Position numbers and translations under genes: made by a program
Origin: Eledone cirrhosa
Taxonomy: Eukaryota
Reading direction: 5' to 3'
Assembly (NCBI GenBank): GCA_964016885.1
Contig: OZ024742.1
Coordinates: 15,934,001 to 15,998,000, forward strand
Length of the DNA stretch: 64,000 nucleotides
Part shown: positions 53,142 to 64,000 of the stretch, one piece after another
How positions within the stretch are numbered: position 1 is the first letter of the stretch
How the letters are laid out: each line of letters begins with the position of its first letter
Notes under the pieces: generated by a model
Database searches by the model: none
What the model was told of the DNA's origin: nothing
The model's input: only the letters and a program-made list of their open reading frames with translations

Positions 53142-54944
53142 TTACCTCTCTGCGTCCCGGGTATCGGGCTGCACAATTTCCATTAGGGTGGGGGATGGGT
53201 TGTTGGGTGTGGTGGTGGTTTGTGGAAGTGTGGGGGCATCAGTGTGTTGTGTGGTTGGGGAGCTTGGAGTTGTGTGGGTGTTTGGGGAGGGAGTGGGATA
53301 GTTTTTTAGGAGGACGCGGTTAATGGGCCCGACGCAGGGGGGACCCACGTCCTCTTTAAAATTGTTTTTTAAAGTTTTATAGGTGTCCTGTGGGGCCTTA
53401 ATCATTTTGAGGTGGGGTAAATCCCCTGCCTGGGTGAAGTTAGGCCCTTGTGTTTTTATTAGATTGTTGTTGTACACAATGTTTAACAGTTTTTTGTTTC
53501 TTGTGTTTATGTATGTGTATGCATGTTTTTGTTTTTGCGTGGTGTTTTTTGTTTGCTGTTGTTGTGAGCTCTTTTGTGTTGGTGTCAGTGTTATGTTTTG
53601 GGGAGGGGGTTTTTTCATTTGTGTGTCTGAGGTGTGTTTTCTTTTTTTTCTTTTGATTGTGTGGAAGTGCTCCTCCTCGTCTGACGACGAACTAGGGTCA
53701 TCTTCCGCGTTGGAGGGGAGGGGTATATTTTCGGGTTGTGTTTGCGGTACGGGTGTTTTGGAAATTGTTTTTGTTTTTTGAGTGGAGGGGATGGGTTGGA
53801 CATTGTTTTGTTTTGGTTTGAGCTGTGGTGGTTGTTTTTGTAGTGGTAGTTGTGGTGATTGTGTTGGTTGTGCAGTTGTTGGTGGTGTAGGCAGGATTGG
53901 GGTTTTCTTATTAAGTTGGGGACAGACAGCCCTCAGGTGACCTCTGGTTCCGCAGAGGTAACACGAGGGCCGTCTACCCTCAACGGTAATGTTGATGAAG
54001 GTTAGATCATCCAGTATGACGCGTTCAGGGATCTGGGCGATCCTTTCGGGCCTCATTTGAACTACAAGTTCGAGGCTCGTTCCACTGAACGCGTCACCCG
54101 ATGCCTTTCCCATGGACACCAGCATGTCATCCTCCACGTCCAGAAAACCTGTCAAAACCCACCATATGTCCATAATCGGCAGGATGGTGTGGATTTTTAT
54201 TTTTTGTGTTCTTCTACCCATGTACGTAGGGTAGAAGGTGTATGCGGTGGATGTGATTGGTTTGATGGACAGTTTCACTGCTGTGTCCCTGTCCTTCATG
54301 AGAATGGATAGACTCCCGTAGAGTCTATCCTTCTGAATGAAGGTGATGTCCTTCATGACGTCTTTTAAAACCAGCTCTATCTCACTCTGTGATGGTTGAG
54401 CTGGTTTTTTACTTTTGTTCGAGATTGTCCTAAACATGACCGTGTTTAGGAGTCTCTGGCTTTTTAGTTCCGGGGGGGGGGGGGGGGGATGGATTGTGAA
54501 TGAACCATTTTCTCCGTACACTATATATTTTTTCGCATCCGCCAGTAGCTCCTTCGCTTTTGTTATATCTACTGGCAGATAGTCGAGGGTTTTCCTTGTC
54601 GTCTTGGCGAAGGAGAAATTTTGTTTGTTTGTGTTGTTGTTGTCGTTGGTGGTGTTGTTGTTATCATTGTTGTTGTTGTCACCGTTATTGGTCTTGTTGT
54701 TGTTGTTATTCTTATTGTTATTGGTGTTGTTTTCGTCCGTCGCATTGTTGTTGTTGTTGCTGTTGCTGCTGGTTCTTTGGGTTGTTGCCATGGCAACGTC
54801 AAGTTGTCGGTTAACAGGTGGAGAGAATTCTTCCTCTGGCTGACCTTTCTTCTTGACCTCTGCTACTGTGACAGTGGCAGGGGGAAGCTGTAAGTTCATC
54901 TTCCCCTTTCCTCCTTCGAATTTTGGTGAAGAAGCTTCGGCCAT
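53142..54944 (-). CDS. Tx1-C ORF1 (~600 aa; Asn-rich tract, CCHC knuckle)
   Basis: Open from MAEASSP to DAER*; contains CYLCGTRGHLRAVC. Confidence 0.85.
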   Translation of the reverse strand: MAEASSPKFEGGKGKMNLQLPPATVTVAEVKKKGQPEEEFSPPVNRQLDVAMATTQRTSSNSNNNNNATDENNTNNNKNNNNNKTNNGDNNNNDNNNTTNDNNNTNKQNFSFAKTTRKTLDYLPVDITKAKELLADAKKYIVYGENGSFTIHPPPPPPELKSQRLLNTVMFRTISNKSKKPAQPSQSEIELVLKDVMKDITFIQKDRLYGSLSILMKDRDTAVKLSIKPITSTAYTFYPTYMGRRTQKIKIHTILPIMDIWWVLTGFLDVEDDMLVSMGKASGDAFSGTSLELVVQMRPERIAQIPERVILDDLTFINITVEGRRPSCYLCGTRGHLRAVCPQLNKKTPILPTPPTTAQPTQSPQLPLQKQPPQLKPKQNNVQPIPSTQKTKTISKTPVPQTQPENIPLPSNAEDDPSSSSDEEEHFHTIKRKKRKHTSDTQMKKPPPQNITLTPTQKSSQQQQTKNTTQKQKHAYTYINTRNKKLLNIVYNNNLIKTQGPNFTQAGDLPHLKMIKAPQDTYKTLKNNFKEDVGPPCVGPINRVLLKNYPTPSPNTHTTPSSPTTQHTDAPTLPQTTTTPNNPSPTLMEIVQPDTRDAER

Positions 54945-55347
54945 TAAAAAAAATATTGACTTTTCAACAAGAAAAAACTTTTTTTTTTGTTTAACTATTT
55001 CGCCTAAAGGCGTAGAATATTTTGAGAGACTGACCAGATCAAAGTTTGACCTGGCAGTCCCTCTACAAAATGGTACAAAAATTAAAGTTATCAGACAAGA
55101 ATTTCTATAGAAATTTAAACAGAACTTACTCAGCAAGTTATACGCGTGTGTCCATCCCAGAGATATGTATATAGATATAGATATGTAAATATACACGGGT
55201 GTGTATGATTGTGTATAGAAGATTATATTAATAAGAAGAATTCCAACTTTGTCTGATTTACTCGTTTTATTTACAATCCTTTAAAATATATATAATATGG
55301 TATTATAATGAAATAGTATGATAGAATATTAAATTCTAAGTGTTAAT

Positions 55348-55386
55348 TGAACAAGTACTTTCATGCTTTCGCAATCTTCAGGTTCA
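55348..55386 (-). ncRNA. Minimal type I hammerhead with palindromic stem III in the PLE-2 pLTR
   Basis: tgaac-CTGAAGA-t-tgc(gaaa)gca-t-GAAA-gtac-TT-gttca. Confidence 0.85.
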
Positions 55387-57990
55387 TGATATGTGGTGAC
55401 AGTCGAGTTTGCAATTTTCAACTGTAATGAGATGGGTAAATTTACTACCTTTTATACATTTTATACAGAGAAAAGTGGCTCCAGAATGCAAAGCCCTGTA
55501 AACTGTATTTCGACCAATCAGTGTGTAGTTTCACTGAATTACTACAGCTGATTGGTTTAAGCGTCACGGCTGGTTGAGCATGCTAACGACCAATAGTCAT
55601 ACCCAACGTATCAATCGTTTTGCTTTTTGAAATGATGAAAATAGCATTTTCTATTAATCATCACCATCAACATCACTTTTATTATTATTATTATTATTGT
55701 TGTTGTTGTTGTTGTTAGTGGTCGTGGTCATAGTGGCGTCATAACCCCTCGGCGTTATTATTGTTCATTTAGCTTGGGTTTGAATTTATCAATAAAATTC
55801 TTTTCTTTGATTTTTCTCTTGATTTCACTTGGGCTGTGTAATTTGTAGAATGGGAATATTATAAATATTCCCTGACCACATGTTGCCAGGTGGCCGCTTA
55901 GGGGTATCTGACGGACATTTGGGTCTCTGATTTGTTGACGGTGTACCCGTGCACGTTCCGATAGTGCATTTCCAGTTTGACCGACATATAGTTCTTCACA
56001 ATTCGGGCATTTAATGCAGTAAATTAGATTTCTGCTTTTGCAGTTCATATTTGCATTTGGGAATATTTTTCCAGTTTTTGTTTTCATATATTGACCGGCG
56101 TGTTGGATTGACATGTGCCGCATCGATTATCATTGCATTTAGATACAGTGAATGATTGGTCTTTGTTGTTAAGGTCAAACCTTGCTTTTGTTAGCAATTG
56201 CTTCAAATTTTTTGGCTGTCTTTTACTAAGAGTCAAAGATCGATCTGTGATTAAGCCTTTTAATTCATTACTTTGAGCAATGATCGGTAGGTTTGCTTTG
56301 GCAGTGTTGAATATATTCTGGTGACATGGGTTGTGTGTCATTATAAATGGTATGACCAGTTCTTGGTTTCTTCTTCCTTGGGTTGTTCTAAGTTGTTGTA
56401 TAGGTATTTTTATAGCCCGCTGTATGCCATTTTCTATAAGTAGAGATGGGTATTTTTGTTTGAGCAAAAATTCTCTTAGTTCTGTTAGGCGTTTGTACCT
56501 GGTATTCGTATCTTCTACAATGGTACAAATTCTTCTGGCTAGGCAGTATGGGATGTTGCGTTTTGTATGAGGTGGATGGCACGACTTAAAATTCAGATAT
56601 TGATGGGTGTCTGTGTGTTTATAATATATATCCGTGGTAATGGTGGTGTCGTTTTTGATTATCATTATATCTAGGAATGGTAATTTGGTCCTACTCATCT
56701 CTTTTGTGAATTGGAGAGATGGGTGTAGGTTATTCAGGAGGATATTGAACTCATCCAGAGTATCTAGAGATTCTGTCCAGATGATGAAACAGTCGTCAAG
56801 GTATCTCTTCCAAGATTTTTCAATGTACTTTCTAAAGTCAGTACTATATTTTTCCTCTATTTCTTGGTAGAGTTGTTGTTCTAAGTATCCCATTACAGAG
56901 TTCGCGTAAACGGGAGCAAACTTCGTTCCCATCGCTGTGCCTCTAATTTGGATGTAATTCTTTCCATTGAAGAAGAAAGTGTTGTTTTCCAGAATAAGTT
57001 TAACTGCGTCTAATATAAATGGCGCTGTGAATCTAATGGGAATCACTTCTCTATGTTTTTCCACCCAGTATTTAACCGCCTTTATTCCTAAATCATGTGT
57101 AATGTTGGTGTAAAGGCTTACCACATCAAAACTGAGTAGAAGTGAATTCGTTTCCGTGGTTTTGGGAAGATGGGACAGGAAGTCGATATCATCCCGGATG
57201 AAACTGGGTATGTGAATACATAGTGGTTTCAAAATAATGTCAACAAAATTGCTTAGACGGTGAGTGGGGCATGTTGGACCAGCTATAATAGGTCTAAGTT
57301 TTAAGTCTTTTGGGTGTAATAATTTAATGTACTCACTGTTTTGTTCTCTTACTGCCAGTTGTATTTCTTTTGACTTGTGAACTTTCGGTAGGCCATACAG
57401 GTTGCTGGGTTTCGGCTCAAAATTGGTGATGTAGTCTCTTTCCTTATCAGTAAATGAGTTGTGGTATTTTGAAGCCAGGTTGTTGATCTTCTTCATGATG
57501 TTGTGGTCTATATTTGACGGTATTTCATGATAGAATGTTGTGTCTTTCAGTTGTTCCTCAACCAAATCCTTGTAGTATTCAGTATCCATTATAACAACTG
57601 CACCCCCTTTATCTGCTTGTTTAATTATTATTGTTTTATCATTTTGTATACGTTTAAGTGCAGACATTTCTGATTTGTTAATGTTTGGCCTAACATTAGT
57701 ATTATGTCTAAGAGGAAATTTAGACAGGATGTCAATGTATTGGTCGAGATAAATATTTCTTCCTTTTGGCGGAGTGAAATTTGATTTATTCTTTACTAGT
57801 GATTCATCACTCTCATTATTTTTATCAGCGAAGAATTCTACAAGACGTAATTTTCGACAGAATTCTTGGGTATCCTCCTTCAGTTCTTGGTGGTTGACTG
57901 TTGGAGTCGGTGTGAATTTCAGTCCTTTTGACAGAATTTGCATTTCATCATTGTCAAGATCTCTTTTAGATAAATTAATTATTTTAGGAT

Positions 57991-58951
<961 letters not shown>

Positions 58952-58952
58952 A

Positions 58953-58998
<46 letters not shown>

Positions 58999-59106
58999 TA
59001 TATATATAATATATATAATATATATATATATATATAATACATATATATATATATAATACATATATATGTATATATAAATATATATATATATATATATGTA
59101 TATATA

Positions 59107-59242
59107 TGAGAGACGTAAAATAAGAAAATGATAAAATTAACTTACTTACTAAAATATCACTTCCAACTAATTAGTTTCTGGAGTGGAATAAATATATTTT
59201 CCGAAGAAAATACAGAGAATCATTCCGTCGTCAGGGAAGACT
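59107..59242 (-). mobile_element. Diverged partial copy of the 532-bp unit at 61893-63043
   Basis: agacgtaaaataagaaaat.ataaaattaacttacttactaaaat...cgtcgtcagggaagact matches 62016-62150. Confidence 0.85.
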
Positions 59243-59257
59243 ATATATATATATAAA

Positions 59258-59350
<93 letters not shown>

Positions 59351-59449
59351 AAATACACACATATATATATATATATATGTATATATATACGTATATAAAA
59401 TACATATATATATGTATATATATATATATAAAATACATATATATATATA

Positions 59450-61360
59450 ATAATAATAATGAAATTATTGTGTAAAGTGCTCAGGTGCACTACAACTCGT
59501 CAAAGGTGTATGTATAGTACATAGAATAATACACAAATGTTAGGGAAGTGAATAGTGTATGAGTCATGGTATACATGTGTGTATGTGTATGGAGGGGGAA
59601 CATTAGCTGTAGTGTTGGAAGATCTCAGGGAAGCATGGAGGCCTTAAAGGATGCAGTGTCTCCACAGCTAACAACTGATTCAGGGAGTTTGTTCCATGCT
59701 TCAGCAACTCTGAGCGTGAAAAAATGTTTCCGAAAGTCATGGGAACGGTGCTGTTTTCTAAATTTGTGGGCATGCCCACGTGTGTTAGACACATGGAAAT
59801 CAAAAAGGTACTCAGGGTTGTTGTTGGCAACATGGTTAACAATTTTGTGGGTGTTTACCAAGTCAGTTGCCAGGTGTCGGAGCTTCAATGTATCCATGCC
59901 CAGGGAAGCAAGGCGCTCAGATTATGGTAGATGCCTGATGGAGGGTATTCGCTTGGTTGCACGTCTCTGAACACTTTCCAGGCGGTCAATGTTCTGAGCA
60001 AGATAGGGGTTCCAGACTGGTGATGCAAATTCTAAGTGTGGCCGCACCATAGCCATGTACAGCCTTAAATAGATAGCTGGAGAGCGGCTGACAAAGGTCT
60101 TGCTGAGTGATGCTAAGACACCCTCGGCCCTCTTGACAATTTTAGAGACGTGCTTCGTCCAACGCAAATCGCTGCTGATCGTAATGCCCAGGTCACGTTC
60201 ACAAGAAGATATTAGTGCTGTGGAGGGAGTTTTTACTCCCAAAATACATGGTGGTGCATTGGCCACAGCTAGCTTGAGTTGCCAGTCTGAGATCCATTTT
60301 TGCATTGTGTCTAGGTCAGACTGCAAGCAAGATCTATAGTGTTCAGGATCTGTCCTTTTTATCTCAAGGTACAGCTTGATGTTATCTGTGTACTTTAGTA
60401 CCGTGGCATTCTTTAAGTTGGCATCTATGTCATTAATATATGCCACAAACAAAAGAGGACCAAGAACAGATCCCTGTGGTACACCAGATGACATCTCATA
60501 TGGTGAGGAATGCTGTCCCAGAACCGTGACTACCTCTCTTCGACTGAAAATGAAGGACTTCAGTCAGTTAAAAAGATCACCCTTCAACCCATTGCAGAGA
60601 GTTTTGCCATAAGCCTTTTGTGTGGCACAGAATTGAAGGCTTTCGCAAAGTCAAGGTAAACAACATCCACCCATGAGCCGCCATCAGTGATCCGGGTGAT
60701 GTCCTCAAGAAACTCGATAAGTTGATCACAGCAGCTGCAGTTGGGGATAAATCCAAATTGCGAGGGCCGGATAAGACTGTGAGAGCTCCAGAAGTTCCAA
60801 AGTGTTTCTCTGACACAGGATTCCATCAGTTTGGCGATGCAACTAGTAAGACTGACTGGACGATAGTTCACAGGTGATGTGCGGTCACCCTTTTTGAACA
60901 GAGGAATGACACTGGCAGTTTTCCACTGTTCTGGAGTAGCACCATTGTTCAGACAGAATTGGAAGAAGCGTGATAACTGGTGCAGAAGGAAGTACCCACC
61001 AAGTTTAAGAAGCAGGTACGTAACACCATCAAGACCAGGAGAGGCATGGTTGCGTTTATTTTTTAGGTGACGTCGCAGCATTGCAGATGTAAATTCCATG
61101 GTTGTAATAGAGTCCGGTGTCATAGGTGGTGGAGATGGTACACTTTGGTCTTCAATAGTGAAAATGCCTGCATAGCATTCAGCAATGAGCTCTCGCATTC
61201 CTTGGGGTCGTCAGTAACCTGGCTTGTGTGGGGATTGTGAAGAGGACCAACTGGAGAGTGAGGCCTCTGCATTGAGTGAACATACTTCCAGAACACCTTA
61301 CTGTCAGGGCTGGTTGCTATGCGCTGCTCAAATTGAAGCACTGCCTTTTTTGTCACCTGT
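59450..61360 (-). mobile_element. CR1-clade LINE, 5'-truncated and frameshifted
   Basis: NYRPVSLTS, VYLDFAKAF, SGVPQGSVLGPLLF, YTDN (decayed YADD), RDLGI, VRPHLEF, LESVQRRATK, TRGH and FFTLRVAEAWNKLP; (ATT)n tail. Confidence 0.9.
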
Positions 61361-61377
61361 TATATATATATACAAAT

Positions 61378-61488
61378 GAATATATGATAGGGATAAACAC
61401 TGATACACTTTTTCAATCTAGCTAACTTGGTCATTTGCAATACGAACACATGTATACTTGTATCAGTGTTTATCCCTATCATATATTC
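61378..61488. repeat. 30-bp perfect inverted repeat with 51-bp spacer
   Basis: gaatatatgatagggataaacactgataca / tgtatcagtgtttatccctatcatatattc. Confidence 0.93.
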
Positions 61489-61544
61489 CTTTCTTTGAGC
61501 TATTTAATTGTAAAAGACTATTTGAGTTTATAACTCTATATATA

Positions 61545-61579
<35 letters not shown>

Positions 61580-61735
61580 TAAAATACATATATATATATA
61601 TGTATATCTATATCCAAAAATTAAGATAATCAAAATTATGGGTGTCATGCCAGAAATATGTATATATATATATTTATATATAAAATACATATACATATAT
61701 ATGTATATATATATATATATACATAAAATACATAC

Positions 61736-61767
<32 letters not shown>

Positions 61768-61786
61768 GTATATATATATATAAAAT

Positions 61787-63043
<1,257 letters not shown>

Positions 63044-63092
63044 CTATATATATATGTATATACATATATATATGTATATATATACATATATA

Positions 63093-63148
<56 letters not shown>

Positions 63149-63296
63149 ACCAATATATGTAAGCATGTATATATGTTAGTTTATGTCTCTCTCTCTATAT
63201 ATATATATACATGTGTGTGTGTGTGTGTTTACACACCAACATATATACGTGCGTGTGAGTATATATAGCTGTATACAGGAGATATACACTACACAA

Positions 63297-63370
<74 letters not shown>

Positions 63371-63548
63371 ATGTATATGTATGTATGTATGTATATGTAT
63401 GTATGCATGTATATATATATGTATGTATGTATATATATGTAATATATGTATGTATATATATGTATGTATGTATATATATATATGTATGCATATACATGTA
63501 TGTATGTATATATATATGTGTATATATATATATATGTATATATATATA

Positions 63549-64000
63549 TAAACGGAAAAAATGAAACGAAATTTCATTTCCCACTCTTAGTACGGCTGGC
63601 AGTTAAATATAAGTATGTACACGTACATACATATATGTATACAGACATACAGTAGTATGTATATATACATACATGCACACATATATATATATGTAAGTAT
63701 GGATTCACCGAACATTTATTATAATTCTCGGTGTGTTTGTAAACAAACATCCCGTATTAAGCCTCGTTTGTTCAACACTGACAAAGGAACGCTGTACTAG
63801 TTTCAATCTTATTAGCTATCGTCAGTAACGTATACCTTCCTGCCAGATTGTTGAATGTATACACTTACCTTATGCACATTAACGGCTGAGTAGCCCAATT
63901 TGCATATCGAGTGGGTTAATCGGCCGGGTGCACCGAAAACGATAAACGGAAAAAATGAAACGAAATTTCATTTCACACTCTTAATACGGCTGTTACTTAA
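63549..64000 (+). repeat. ~55-bp direct repeat ~395 bp apart, after a (TA/TG)n tract
   Basis: taaacggaaaaaatgaaacgaaatttcatttc.cactctta.tacggctg at ~63549 and ~63944. Confidence 0.85.

Larger units (their letters stand above)
49418..55162 (-). mobile_element. Tx1/L1-clade LINE family C, full length, 17-bp TSD
   Basis: atatgtatatagatata at 49401-49417 and 55163-55179; two long ORFs; AATAAA at the 3' end. Confidence 0.95.

Overview
A eukaryotic, gene-free, repeat-saturated window. The SINE type and microsatellite load suggest an invertebrate, probably a cephalopod such as Octopus (inference). No host gene is supported. Bases 1-35 kb are an almost continuous array of non-LTR retrotransposons separated only by (TTA)n tracts. 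It holds at least 7 copies of two R4/Dong-type RT+RLE families (A, B), an older Dong relic, and two Tx1/L1-type families (APE+RT, zinc-knuckle ORF1). The Dong and Tx1 copies lie in opposite orientation relative to the microsatellite, and one 5-kb block is inverted. Bases 35-46 kb hold SINEs, a 4.4-kb (CAC)n compound satellite with ~770-bp higher-order period, and decayed Dong/RTE fragments. Bases 46-64 kb are a (TA)n zone containing two Penelope-like elements (PLEs) with hammerhead ribozymes, a near-intact Tx1 with a 17-bp TSD, a CR1 relic, and a ~532-bp circularly permuted, hammerhead-like retrozyme candidate in inverted arrangement. The most notable signals are four: a 5' splice donor overlapping the ORF1 stop in Tx1 families; an HIV-type U UUU UUA -1 frameshift site joining the two ORFs of a Neptune-like PLE; a 5' leader shared by two divergent Dong families, each ending in a putative pseudoknot before the ATG; and the retrozyme-like unit. 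All alignments and folds were done by eye, so boundaries are approximate.
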